In this document: piece after piece, positions 29,550 through 41,022 of the stretch
Layout of the letters: each line of letters begins with the position of its first letter
Numbering within the stretch: the first letter of the stretch is position 1
Assembly: GCA_977862235.1 (NCBI GenBank)
Contig: OZ374563.1
Span: 372,001 to 436,000, forward strand
Direction: 5' to 3'
Length of the DNA: 64,000 nt
Origin: Dudresnaya verticillata
Lineage: Eukaryota
Notes under the pieces: generated by a model
What the model saw: the letters and a program-made list of their open reading frames with translations, nothing else
The model's database searches: none
What the model was told of the DNA's origin: nothing
Program-made: the position numbers and the translations under genes

Positions 29550-31900
29550 CGTTGATAGAATGGTGACGTGGTGAGAACAGCGAAGGTGGTAATGTCGGCG
29601 AGCGTTGTGGGGGTACGGCCTGATCCAACTGCCACCGATGGCTTAAGAGGGCCTCCAATTGTTGCTTAAATATTGCATTTTACCGACCCGGAAACAGTCG
29701 TCGGTCAGTCGGCAAGGTTTGAATGGTGCGCATGGGTGCCACCACTGTCAGCAGTCGTTTCAGCGGCTGCGAGTTCTCGACGACGCTCTTCGTCGGAGCC
29801 TGTTGTACTGCTCTGGCACATAGACTTACTCGTCGGGAGCATGACTGTGGGGAATTGCTGAAACTTTATTAAACTGCATTCTGCTAGCCCCGAAGAAGTG
29901 GCAAAAGTGACAATTGTTGTAGGTGCGAAGTCAGGCGGACGAGTGGTAATTTCTATCTCGAGACAAAGAATGCGTTGAGGTCTGTAACTACAGGGCTTTG
30001 GGGTCACTATTATCTTAAAGAATGACACTTAGTCGTTGCAGAATGTCTCCATCTCCTTGGAATGTCCTTGTTTTCGGTCTTAACTCGCAACGTATTGAGA
30101 ACATGCTTTCTCTCGAAACTTAGCGACGACGCTTCATAGATCAGACGGAATTTTGTAGATCTTGAATGAGGATTCTTCGTAGAGACAGAAAAATAGAGAT
30201 GCTGAGCAACATGTGGGCTCAAGTGAGCGAGCGTCTTCTTCGCTGCACATGGAAGGAGCACTCTGGTCCAGTAACACACATTTCGTTGCTTTCTTTGCCT
30301 TGTGTTGCACATGTGTTGGGAAGATATGCCGCTGCGGCGGAACGGTGTTTTCCAGGCAGGATGGACCTAGCTAGCGCGGCCTGAACAGTTTTGGGTCCGC
30401 CGGGGCATGTTTTGGGCCCGGGATCAATGCGGCGCATTTGCGGTATTCGGAACGAATGAAAATTTGAATGTGTGTCCAAGCGTCAGGATCTTAATTCTGC
30501 GAAGAGACAGCCCCTTGCCCGGCGCGGTATGTCACGCGTAGGGCGCACGGCACCAACGTCAACGTCAACAAGAATGCTGGCTCCAGCACCTGCCTTGAAG
30601 GATCGTTGCGAGAGTTCGTTGCTGTACTGTAGCATATTTGTGCGGATAATTCGCAAGTTGAGTTTGAAAGGAGCGTGAGTGGGGCCTTTCCAGACCCAGC
30701 AATTCCTAGGTATGAGACCCGCTAGAGACGCGAGGAATCGGACTCCTCAGTAACGTGTTGGAAACAGGGCTTCTGACCCGTCCGCAGTAGAGACGGGCGT
30801 CGGACGGCCTTCCAGAAGTAGGGCACATTTCCCCTTCAGAGCTGGTCGATGTCAACGGGGTTGCAGGATCGAAGTCTTTGGCGGGCACGGCCTGTTCTTA
30901 TGACATGGCATGAAGATTCGTACTGCAACAAAAGACCGCAACTAGCTGATAATGGTTGTGTTTGGTTGTTGTACAATACTTGAAGTAGCAGCGCAGAAAA
31001 AGAGGCCGCAATACTGAACGTTTCAAGTATTACACGGTCTGCAGTGAGGTATGCTAAGATGGAATCCGTACTGATTAGACGATATGCTGCAATAATCAAA
31101 GGTTTGGGACCACACATTCTTCCCACACACCTATTACGCATCTTTCGAGAGAGTGCTCATTCCTTTCTTGGCAGAACCCTGAACAACAAGTCTCTACCAA
31201 GTAGAGAAAGGCCACTCAGAATCAGATCAAGACATCGGCGCTTGTACACCGAATGGAATCAAGCGCCAGAATTCCATAGCACTGCTTACGAATATACAAG
31301 TTGTTCAGACATCTAAATGTGCTCTGGTTCCAGCAGTCGCATTCGAGTTTTTCTGCATGCGCGAAGGAAGGGTCACTTCATATTTATCTCGGAGAAGGGG
31401 AGAAGATGAGTGTAGCTCGATATTTATCCTCAACAAATGTCTAGCTTCCCAGTTCAAACCTCATACAAGTTGGATTCAGACTTTGCGCATCTCGTGGACC
31501 TCAAGGCTCCAAGTTGCATTGCCCACATGTGCCAAAACCCATAGATTGCCTCAAAACCGCCGCACCCCGACTAGCACACTACGGAGTCCCATACGGATCT
31601 GTGTGCTTTTGCAGCGACAGGCCTCTTCCGAGGCATCAGTATAGGCATAACAACAGTTAGACTTCCCAAAACTCTTAGCAACCAAAGTCAAATAGCATTA
31701 CCAATTCTTTTACGCAACATACTTCCAATGTACAAAGATGCTCACAGATACATAGTTAAGCTACTCTAACCTGATGTCTGGAGCCACGCGAAGCTCTCCA
31801 CCTGCTGAAAAACGAGCTTGACCTCGGAACCGAAAGCCCTACCAGCTCTAAGCACTCATCTGCGGCGGCACACCGGTCGTTGGTCGATGCAGTCCATGTG

Positions 31901-32692
31901 TTATTGCGAAGCAACGGCCGCCCCTCTGCGTATTCTATCCAGCACAAAGCGCGGCGCGCCCTCTTCAAGGCTCCGCGCCGTAACGTCCATGCCAAACACG
32001 CGGAACGCCGCACGCACCGGCGCGAGCAGCGCCGACGCGCACACCGGCTCCACAGTCGCGGTGTACGTGCTGACGCGGAAGCCGTCAACCACGATATCGC
32101 CATCAATCGTATGCGGGTTGTAAAGCCCCTCCTCAAGCACCTCGTCCACCGCCACCACCTCCTCCCACTCGCCATCCGCGCGCTGCAGCACGCTCCCAAC
32201 GCGCACGCTCCCCGCCGCGACGAGGCGCCCATCCGCATACACGTAGTGCCCGCGCGACGCCACAAGCGCGGCGCGCGCGGTGCGCAGCCGCACGAAGCGG
32301 AACGCGCGGCGCGCCACGCGGTGCGAAAACATGTACACCGCGCTGTGGCGGCCCGACGCCACCAGCACGCGGTCGCCCACGGACACGCGCGACAGCGGCA
32401 CGGCGCCGCGCGCGGCCACGGACACCAGCGCCGCGCCCGGGAAGCACGAGTCGTCGTCCTCGTTGCCGCCGCTGCTGGCCAGGCTGCCGCCGGCGATCGC
32501 GCCCGGGCGCGGCTTGGGCCTGCTGCCGCCGCTCGGCTTGCTGCCGCTCGGCTTGCTGCTGCCGCCGCCCGGGCGCGCCTTGCGCGCCACGGCGGCGCGC
32601 GCGGCGGGCGCGCTCTGCGACGGCGCGGGGTGCAGTAGCAGCAGTAGGAACAGCGCGGCGATGGCGGATGTTGTGCGGTGGGTGCAGATCAT
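31901..32692 (-). CDS. Secreted Hedgehog-type (Hog) Hint autoprocessing protein with a short N-terminal peptide
   Basis: Signal peptide (MICTHRTTSAIAALFLLLLL), Gly/Ser/Pro/Lys/Arg peptide, DDDS|CFPGAALV, VGDRVLV, VYMFSHR, ASRGHYVY, GLYNPHTIDGDIVVDGFRVSTYT. Confidence 0.88.
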   Translation of the reverse strand: MICTHRTTSAIAALFLLLLLHPAPSQSAPAARAAVARKARPGGGSSKPSGSKPSGGSRPKPRPGAIAGGSLASSGGNEDDDSCFPGAALVSVAARGAVPLSRVSVGDRVLVASGRHSAVYMFSHRVARRAFRFVRLRTARAALVASRGHYVYADGRLVAAGSVRVGSVLQRADGEWEEVVAVDEVLEEGLYNPHTIDGDIVVDGFRVSTYTATVEPVCASALLAPVRAAFRVFGMDVTARSLEEGAPRFVLDRIRRGAAVASQ

Positions 32693-33314
32693 GGTGGGTG
32701 TCGGGCGCGGCGGGGCGGGGAGGGGCGCGGCGGGGCGGGGAGGGGCGCGGCGGGGCGGTGTGCGGCGGACGGTGGTGCGGGGCTTTTGAAGACGCGCTTG
32801 GGCGCTTGGGCGCGGTGGGGGCGGAGGAGCAAAGCGTGGCGCAGTGAGCAGTGTGTGTGTGGAATGGCGCGAGGCGAAGCGGTTGTGAGCGGTTTTGCAA
32901 TGACGGGCGATGATGCTATTGGTGGAAAGGGCGTTTGGACGCGTCACGCTGATTGAAGGCTCTTTCAACGCGCAAACGCCAACAGTTGTTGGCGCTCGCG
33001 CAAATGCGCCGTCGGGAAACCGCGACCGCAACAACACCACATCGCTGCCGCGTTATCAGTGACTTGCGCCACGCGAGGTTCTCTAGACAGAGCCTGTGTC
33101 TATCGCTTCCAGGTTGTTCTTCCTTGTCCCGTTATCCGTTCCAGATCGCTTACCGCTTGTACAGTAACGAGCCGCACACCAAACTGCTATCATTCACGTT
33201 AGTTCACTTCTTAACAGTATGGCTCGGCCCCGAAGCGTCTACCAGTCCGCAATGCACATCTGTGCCAGTTATGTTTCTAATGACATGCTTATCCTTGTTA
33301 GCCAGCACGTTCCT

Positions 33315-33337
33315 GAGAGAGAGAGAGAGAGAGAGAG
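33315..33337. repeat. (GA)n microsatellite
   Basis: About 11-12 GA units. Confidence 0.85.
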
Positions 33338-36300
33338 TACGAATCGTCTGACAAGAGGAGCTGCTGTGTTCAGCGTTCAGCAGCTCACATCAGGCTGTCT
33401 TTAATGACTCGTTGAGGTTTTTGTGTTGTTGTTCTTGTTCTTAAACCAAAACACTGCCCTCACTCACAATGTCAGCAATATACCTAGACAAGTCCAATAG
33501 GGGGCCAACAGACAAGGACAACATGATGCTTTACGTATCCAACACTCACGGCAAGTTAGTTTGGCTGCAATGCTTTGTTACATCCGCCATTTAACCTGCA
33601 CACGATATGCTCTCCGCTTCGCTTCATGGGAAGAGCCGAGTAATTATGGCGGCTGCACGTAACATTTCATTGTATACCCGCGCTGTTTCCGCAGTCCTCC
33701 ACAGCCATAGGCAGTCCCGTCAAACCGTATTGCTCCAACTGCGATGCGTACCGAACACAGTACGCTGTACTTTGCGACCTCAGACTGTCAATCACCCTCT
33801 CCTGATTCTAAACAGTCGTCGGTGCGTACTCTGCACATATTATTTTCTCAATCCGTTATCCTCAATATCCTGCGCAACATATCGTAACATGTTTAAGCCC
33901 AACCCCGTCTTTTCTACCCTATAGAAAGACACATCTTCACGACATATTCTTGCCATAGCAAGGTCAACAACGCCGTCAGCCATCTTTTTCAGCTTATTCC
34001 ATACGTTTGATGCATCAACTGATGCACCAACTCGCAACTCCTCACTGTACTGAACCATCAATTGTTTGAGGATGCGGTCAGTGTGCGCTACACATCTAGA
34101 CACTCCTGTCATAGCGCGATCCCTACCCTTCGCTTTCGGAACGCATGAGGGAATAGGAACACCTTATCTCGAGTTGTCCTACAACTCATCCTCGCGGGTT
34201 CGCTTGCACCTTTCCCGAGGTGCGTTTGTGTGTGAGGGTGTGTTCTCTGTCGACTGGAACAGAGAGAACAACTGGTGCAGTTCAGTTTGATAGAGCGGGT
34301 GCAAGTTACAGACCTCGCGACGCTCAAGCTGTAATTCCCTCTAGGATAGCGTGTGTCCTCAACAGCTCGACGTGAGCGGCAAGTTCGTTGTCGACTAGAT
34401 CGTCCTCCCACTTGGTGCCGTGTATGAGTCTGTTATCTTCCACTACTCAAAGCCGAGACAGTGTAAAGTAAGAAGCGCTCAACTTGAGACCACAGCTTGT
34501 GGTCCACAGGTTAGGCTCACAACGAGAGCTTTCAAATGGGAAAGAACAATGCAAACACAGAGTTCTTCCCGTTCTTTTCTCATTCCTTAAGATCGCAACT
34601 ACTGGTATATCTCAATCCTAGACAGATAGAGTCAAGAACTCTGCATTTACTCAAAAACTGATTTGGGTTGTTCAGGCACGAGACAATCTCACACTGTTCG
34701 GAACGAAGAGTTGCCGGAGAGCTGCCTCACATATTGAAGCACACCATGGCAACCAGTATGGTAGCTTTATTTCTGTCAACTACAACACTACTCTAACAAT
34801 GAGGAACAAAGTGAAAAGGAGAGGTGGGTACTCCCACGAGGATGTGTAGCTATGCTCCAACCAATTCGTGGTTTCATATCATCGGCCCACTCTACCCGTT
34901 CGTCGTGGGGTAGAAATCTTGAGACATGTATCAAGACTCGCATGTCTAATAGAAACATGAATGTTGAGGAAACAAAGTAAGGAGCGAAGCACAGCTCGGG
35001 ACTGATCGACCATCCGGCATGACGTGCACCCGCGTGGCGGAATCTTACAAGGAAGTTCAAAAAACTTCCAGAGTGGTGACGACAGAAAGACCAGTGTACT
35101 GTACATCTGTTCTGGATGGGTGTGCTTTGTACCAACCGCATTGGGAGTTGCTTCTTCAGAAGGTACCAATCGGGATATTTGGAGTCCGAAGATTCTGCGT
35201 CACAGTGTCAACATGTCAGAAATCTGGTTTGCTAGCTTGTTCACTACTCTTGTCTAACTTCAGACCTCTTCGCTGCCGACTGGGTCTGATTACGGTCTCA
35301 GCAATCTCCACGACAGCAACCATTTCTGCCTCATCATCAGGTACCCGTCAGGCCATGTGCGAAAATCGTAAGGCATTTCCCCGTCTTCCCACCCACATCC
35401 TATACATTGCAGAAACTTTGGGCGCCTCGTCGCTGGACATGCCATGGACAGCCGTTTCTGGATCCTTTGCAAACGAAGAAAGCCCCGTCCCTATTTTCCA
35501 ACTGTTCTGTCTCTGATCAATACTACAACTCAGGCGGAACTCCGCGAGCTTCTAGAAGCATTGCCGTCCAATTGCATCCTGAGAGTATTCGGTGATGATA
35601 TCCCTCTCGATTCTTTATCAAGAATAGCTATGCTCTCCGTATACCTGTAGTCCGACGGCCCTGGGAAAAGTCTGTAAGATTGCCGTTGAGTTTACGATTA
35701 TCTCTTCGACACTCCGTATACTCTAGAAGTCTAGTCTGAGTCAAGCAGAGGGGACGGCATTTTCTGATAGATGCCGGAATAGTTTGATATTCTTATGTAC
35801 ATCTGACATCTCAAGGAATTCCGCAAACCGACCCCTGCGATAAGAAGTGCTCGACGGACATCCATAGCGAGACCTGAACCGGAAGACACACAGAGGCTTT
35901 TTACACTGGTATTACTGGTACATGCACCTTAAGGCGGCATGCACCAGTAGCAACGATGGTGGTTATGCCAATTTGCCCTGGCCGGTGCGACCCGGCACGG
36001 TCCAAATCAGGTTCGCCGCATTGCCAGGTGTCCTTGCACAACGCTGTTCAGCTGTTCACGGGAGCATCAACGCAGAAGAGGCTGTGAACGTTTTGCAGAC
36101 AGAGAATACGGTGTGAGATAGCTTTGAAGGTACATACTCGATGTTGGCATTGGGCAGTGGCAGCCCAAAAGTACCGAAATGTGATTTTCGAGCTCATTCT
36201 GCGGACAAGATCTTTTGCGGACCGTTCCTTGGACGAGGAGCTCAACGCTCCTTCCCACTGCAGGCCGGGCTTAACCACAACCACGCAGCGCAAGTTAGGT

Positions 36301-36352
36301 CGTGTGCTCACCTCCGAGCATCACCATTCCCAATCGCTGCTTCAACGACAAC

Positions 36353-37195
36353 ATGAAGGACACACCTCTCTTCGTGACCACGCCTCCGTGGCTTGTGGGC
36401 CGCCCGTCGCGCCCGCCGCTACGCTCGCCGCAACGACCACGATGCTGCGCGGCGGTGCCGCCACCGGCGCCGGCGCCGCCGCCAACGCAGGAGGAGGTGG
36501 AGAAGCTCTTCTCGCGTCTGACGCACGTGAACAAGAACCTGCGCGTCAAGGCGTCGGCGACGCTGGCGGAGAACGCCACGGACGAGACGATCGCGCGGCT
36601 GATCGGGCTGCTGTCGCTCGAGGACACGGTGCACCGGCGCGCGGCCGTGCAGACGCTGGGCATGACGGGCATGGCCGTGCTGCCGGGCGTGGTGTCCGAG
36701 ATGCGGGGCAGCGGCAACTCGACCGTGCGCGCCAGCTGCGCCAAGGTGCTCGCGGCGGTGGCGCTGTACTTCCCGGAGCGGCGCGCGGGGTTTCCGGCGG
36801 ACGCGCTCGACGCGCTCGAGGCGGCGCTGCGGGACGACCCGGACCCCGTGACCAAGCTGGCCACGGTGGGGTGCCTGGGCACGCTCGGCAGCGACCTGAA
36901 GAGCGGCGGCGAGACGCTGCGCGGGTGCGACCGGGCCGTGGGCGTGCTGCTCGGGCTGTGCGGGAAGACGGCGGATATGGCGGTTGGGGCGACCGCGGTC
37001 GGGGCCGTGGCGCAGATTGGGCAGAACGCAAAGCCGGAACGCAAGGAGCGGATTGTGGCCGAGTTGAAGGCGCTGTGCGAGGGTGCGGGGGAAGAGGGTA
37101 GCGATGACGGGTTTTCGTACGTGCGAGAGATGGCGTGCGGGCACGTGGATCAGCTTGTAGGGGGCAGCGGCTTGCCGGATGCGGATGACAAGTAA
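36353..37195 (+). CDS. cpeZ: Plastid-targeted CpeZ-like phycoerythrin bilin lyase/chaperone (CpcE/F-type HEAT repeats)
   Basis: Transit-peptide-like N-terminus, then LFSRLTHVNKNLR...TIARL...ED..HRRAAV..LG..G...N.TVRASCAK.LA, matching cyanobacterial CpeZ as I recall it. Confidence 0.8.
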   Translation: MKDTPLFVTTPPWLVGRPSRPPLRSPQRPRCCAAVPPPAPAPPPTQEEVEKLFSRLTHVNKNLRVKASATLAENATDETIARLIGLLSLEDTVHRRAAVQTLGMTGMAVLPGVVSEMRGSGNSTVRASCAKVLAAVALYFPERRAGFPADALDALEAALRDDPDPVTKLATVGCLGTLGSDLKSGGETLRGCDRAVGVLLGLCGKTADMAVGATAVGAVAQIGQNAKPERKERIVAELKALCEGAGEEGSDDGFSYVREMACGHVDQLVGGSGLPDADDK

Positions 37196-37287
37196 AGCAC
37201 GGCTTTGCGTGGATGCGGGCGCAAGTGGCGGACGCGGACTGCAAAACGTTTATTCACAAGCATACATACGAACGCGGCTACATGGCG

Positions 37288-37845
37288 CTACTCAAAAGCC
37301 TCAGGCGGCAGAATGTTCCTCAGCACGGCCTCCATGCCATCGGGGAGCTCGACGTCTCCAAGCAGGATCTTGTCCGCAAACATATGCTCGATCAGGTGGA
37401 ACGCGGCCGACCGGTCGTCGTCGCGCGAGCAGATGGAAAGCGCCTTCTCGTACGTCAGCGGCGTCACGCCGACGCCGGCCTCGCGCATCAGGTCGACCAG
37501 CCACACGGCGTTGGCCGCCGAGTCGCGCGCGGCAATCATGCCGTCCATGAGCGCGTGCCAGTCGCGCAGCGGCGGGATGGCGTCGGCCGCGCGCATGCGG
37601 TCGGCGAAGATCGGCCACGTCTTCTCGAAGCGCGGCGGGGCGTCCGCGGCCGGCGGCGGCGGCGGCGGCGGGGTGGACGGCGACGGCGGGGTGGACGGCG
37701 ACGGCGGGGTGGACGGCGACGGCGGCATGCGCGCCGCGCCGTCGCCCGACCCCGTCGTGCGCGCCGCGCGGCGGCGCGGGTACGAGCTGGCTACGGGGGT
37801 CGAGCGGGACAGCCGCGGTGCTGGGGACGGGAAGATGAAGGCCAT
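37288..37845 (-). CDS. Small plastid-targeted PPR-like protein
   Basis: MAF- start with a Ser/Arg/Pro-rich transit peptide. WHALMDG...AVWLVDLMREAGVGVTPLTYEKALSIC resembles ~2 PPR motifs. Internal 18-bp x3 repeat encodes PPSPST. Confidence 0.6.
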   Translation of the reverse strand: MAFIFPSPAPRLSRSTPVASSYPRRRAARTTGSGDGAARMPPSPSTPPSPSTPPSPSTPPPPPPPAADAPPRFEKTWPIFADRMRAADAIPPLRDWHALMDGMIAARDSAANAVWLVDLMREAGVGVTPLTYEKALSICSRDDDRSAAFHLIEHMFADKILLGDVELPDGMEAVLRNILPPEAFE

Positions 37846-38216
37846 TGCAGCGGTGGGGACGGGAGTGCGGGCGGGGATGGCGGGGGGGGGGGGGGGGGGT
37901 TGCGCCGGGTGGGCATGCGGTGCGATGAGGAGTCGGAGAGGAATCGGGCGGGATGGCGAGGGTTGGCCGATCTGCTCGCGAGATCACCCCATATCGCCGT
38001 CCTTACACCGTAAGCACACTCGCAGCGTCAGCCAATCGCAGTCGCCGACCCAGGGCACTATTATGCGTAATATTTAGGCACATTCCAGAACACGTTGCGG
38101 CGGCTGCCAAAAGGGGTTTCTCGGCCCGCCGCAGAGCGCTAGCCATTGGCAAGCGCAAACAATCTTGCGCCCATCTCGGCATGTGCGCGCGCAAACCATT
38201 TTCGCCGCAGAAACAA

Positions 38217-38316
38217 NNNNNNNNNNNNNNNNNNNNNNNNNNNNNNNNNNNNNNNNNNNNNNNNNNNNNNNNNNNNNNNNNNNNNNNNNNNNNNNNNNNN
38301 NNNNNNNNNNNNNNNN
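38217..38316. other. Assembly gap (100 N)
   Basis: Run of N; the true size is unknown. Confidence 1.
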
Positions 38317-38636
38317 CGCCGTCGTTTCGCCGCAAGGGGAGTAGCTTGTTTGGCGGCGGCGACGGGCTGGCCGATGTGCAGGACGGCATCAGGATTGGCG
38401 CGGATGCCGAGCGACAGGGGACTAATGTTGTCAGCCTGTTTGTGGGCAATGTCGGTAGTGTTGATGAGCAGGCGAGTCGCGTGGGATACAGCTTGTTGGT
38501 TGTCGGCGCGGCTTACGTCTTGTTCAAGATTGTCACTGCGGCCGTTGCTTTCTTTGTTTCCTTCACCTTTTCGTTTATGGCCATTTTTGCGCTCAGCGCA
38601 GGTATCTTTGTGGTCTTCTTCCTGCTTCGCTTTTGA
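38317..38636 (+). CDS. 3' part of an unknown membrane protein (5' end lost in the gap)
   Basis: Open frame from the gap, ending in a long hydrophobic C-terminus (YSLLVVGAAYVLFKIV...GIFVVFFLLRF). Confidence 0.55.
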
Positions 38637-38757
38637 GGCCGCGCGCTGCTGTGCGAGTGCGAGGAGGCTGCGCATCGTTGGCACAGTTGTAAAAGAAACG
38701 CAGCCGTGCAGCGCAAGCAAAAGCAAAGCAAAGCGCTTGCACTGTTTATGTCTACGG

Positions 38758-39795
38758 CTACTCGACGCCCAACTTGGCAAGCGCGGCCATCAAGTTGGGC
38801 ACCGTTTCCATTCCCCAAAAGCCCTCGCTCTGGCGGCCCTCCATGAAGATGGCTCTGACGCAGTACTGGCCCTGCGTCGGCTGCCCAATGGCCTGCACCC
38901 ACACCAGCTTGGACTCGAGCTCGACCGAGCAGTCGAGCCCGGCCCTCGCCACGCGCATGTTGAACATGCCGTCGCCGCTGCGCCTGACCGCGGGCTTCTT
39001 CGCGGGCGCGTCCTCCTCGCCCCTGCCAATGCGGTCCATCTTTTTCTGCAGCGACATGCACAGCCGCTTAAAGTGCCGGATCTCGTCATAGTTGAGCGCC
39101 AGCAGCCACTGGTCATTGCCCAGCATGCCGCAAAAGCTCTTGGGCGCCTCGGGATCAAAGCCGACTCGGAAGCCCGCGCCCGACTGGATAAACTTGTGCC
39201 GCACTCCCGGCCCCGCCGGCGCATCGCCTTTGACCTCAATCAGCGAGCACCCGTTCATGTCGCACTCGATGCGAAACTCTACGGGGCCGCCCTCATTGTC
39301 CGGCAGCTGGTCCGGCCCGGCCAGCACCTGCCACCCAGCCGTCGACTCGTAGCCAAAGTTGCTCGGGTCCATGTACGGCTCGTCCGCCGCGGCCGCCGCG
39401 TCGTCGTCCGCCGCCACCGCGGCCGGCGACGCGCGCACGGCCGCGTCGGCCGCGTCGGCCGATGATGCGCGCGGCGGCGCCGCGTGGCGCGGCGGCTCGG
39501 ACACGGGCGGCATGCCGGCGTCCCTGCGCAGCTGCGCCATGATCTCGGCCAGCTGCGCGCTCATGTCGGTCAGCGTGTGCTCGGTGCGCGCGGCCAGCGC
39601 CTGGCGCTGCTCGGACAGCACGCGCAGCTCGGCGCGCAGGTCCTCGCCGGAGCGCACGGCCGGGCCCAGGTCGGGCGCCCCGTCGGATGGCGCGGCGCAC
39701 GCGACGGGCGGCGCGCGCCGCGCCGCGCGCGTGCATGCGCGCGGCGCGGGAGAGCGGCGCGCGAGCACCGGCGTTGGAGGCGCGAAGGCGTACAT
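38758..39795 (-). CDS. Plastid-targeted DUF1818-family protein
   Basis: MYAF- transit peptide and coiled coil, then GFRVGFDP...GMLG.D.W...L...E...F.RL...ES.LVW....G.P...GRQSEGFW, matching cyanobacterial DUF1818. Confidence 0.75.
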   Translation of the reverse strand: MYAFAPPTPVLARRSPAPRACTRAARRAPPVACAAPSDGAPDLGPAVRSGEDLRAELRVLSEQRQALAARTEHTLTDMSAQLAEIMAQLRRDAGMPPVSEPPRHAAPPRASSADAADAAVRASPAAVAADDDAAAAADEPYMDPSNFGYESTAGWQVLAGPDQLPDNEGGPVEFRIECDMNGCSLIEVKGDAPAGPGVRHKFIQSGAGFRVGFDPEAPKSFCGMLGNDQWLLALNYDEIRHFKRLCMSLQKKMDRIGRGEEDAPAKKPAVRRSGDGMFNMRVARAGLDCSVELESKLVWVQAIGQPTQGQYCVRAIFMEGRQSEGFWGMETVPNLMAALAKLGVE

Positions 39796-39974
39796 TGTTG
39801 AGCGCGGGGGCGGTTGTCGGGAGGGGCGGGGGAGGGAGGCGGTTGCGCGCGGGGGGGGGGGGGGGGGGGGGGGGGGCGATGGGGGCGATGGGGGCGGAGG
39901 AGATCCTCTGTATGTGCTGTTGCAAAGTTTTAGACGGGCAGAGTGGAAAAAAGGGCGAAAAGTGGGACCGGCGA

Positions 39975-40787
39975 CTACTTTTCCATATCTTGAGCCATCT
40001 GCAGCACGAGTTGCCACTCTTCGTCGCTGACGTCCTGCACCGAGATGCGGCTGCGCTTGACCAGCTGCATCTGCGCGAGCTTGGCGTTGCTCTTGATGGC
40101 GTCCAGCGTCACCGTGCGCGCAAAGCGCCGCACCAGCCGCACGTCCACCATGTCCCACCGCGGCTTGTCCTCGGGCGACTTGGCATCGTAGTGCGGGTCG
40201 TCTTCGTCCCACGCCGTGTGGTCTGGCGACGGCGGGGGAGAGAGCGGAGGCGGGAGCGGGAGCGGGAGCGGGAGAGAGAGCGAGAGCGAGAGCGAGAGCG
40301 AGAGCGAGAGCGAGAGCGAGAGCGAGAGCGAGGGTCAGTCAGCACGGTGCAACCAACGCGCAACCAACGCGCAACCAACGCGCAACCAACGCGCAACCAT
40401 CGCGCAGCCAACGCGCATGGCGCTCCACCTACCCGGATACGCCTCCCGCACAACCTCCACCACGCCAACCACGCCCGGCTGCGCGCGCCGGCAGTTGGAG
40501 TGGTAGAAGAAGGCAAGGTCGCCCACGCGCATGCGCCGCATGCAGTTGCGCGCCTCGTAGTTGCGCACGCCGTCCCAGTGCGCCGTCGCGCCCGGCTCGC
40601 GCAGCAGGTCGTCCACGGAGAACTTGACCTCGCGCCCGCGCACCACGCGCGACTCCGGCTCCGACTTGACCAGGTGGTAGCGCGCGCGCGCGCGCGGCGC
40701 GGACGCGCGCGGCTTCTTGCCGCGCGGCGCCGCGCTCGCGCTCGCTCGCGCGCCGGCGCTGCGCCGCTTTGCGCGCGTCGTGGCCAT
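39975..40787 (-). CDS. THYN1: EVE-domain protein (THYN1-like), two exons (40787-40433, 40222-39975)
   Basis: YHLVKSEP, WDGVRNYEARN, GDLAFFYHSNC, EAYP|DHTA..., PRWDMVDV, RISVQ. A 210-bp GT-AG intron (40432-40223) restores the frame. Confidence 0.9.
40250..40415. repeat. Intronic repeats: (GAGCGG)n/(GAGAGC)n and ~11-bp GCAACCAACGC units
   Basis: Directly visible inside the EVE gene intron. Confidence 0.85.
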
Positions 40788-41022
40788 GGACGGATGCGCG
40801 CGGTGCGAGGCGCCTGGACGCAGACGGGTCGGCGCGCGGCGGGCAGCAGGCGGCTCTTTGACCGGTTGCTTCCTTTCGACGCGCGACGCGCGCAAATCGC
40901 GCGATGCGCGCGCGGCTGTGGCGCCGCGCCACGCCACTCGGCACGCGTGTCACCAACATGTAACCGGTGCCTTCCACCTCCCGCGCCGCGCGCGCATTGC
41001 TCCGACCGATATCGCCGCCGCC

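Noticed and set aside
31901..32446. Hint domains as protein-splicing inteins
   Set aside because: No C-terminal His-Asn plus Cys/Ser/Thr and no host protein to re-ligate. The LYNPHT..G..VVDG..VS ending is Hedgehog/Hog-type.
30375..36020. Loosely complementary GC-rich motifs at ~30377-30410 and ~35973-36020 as TIRs around a Hint gene
   Set aside because: Similarity is weak and gapped, and no TSD was found.
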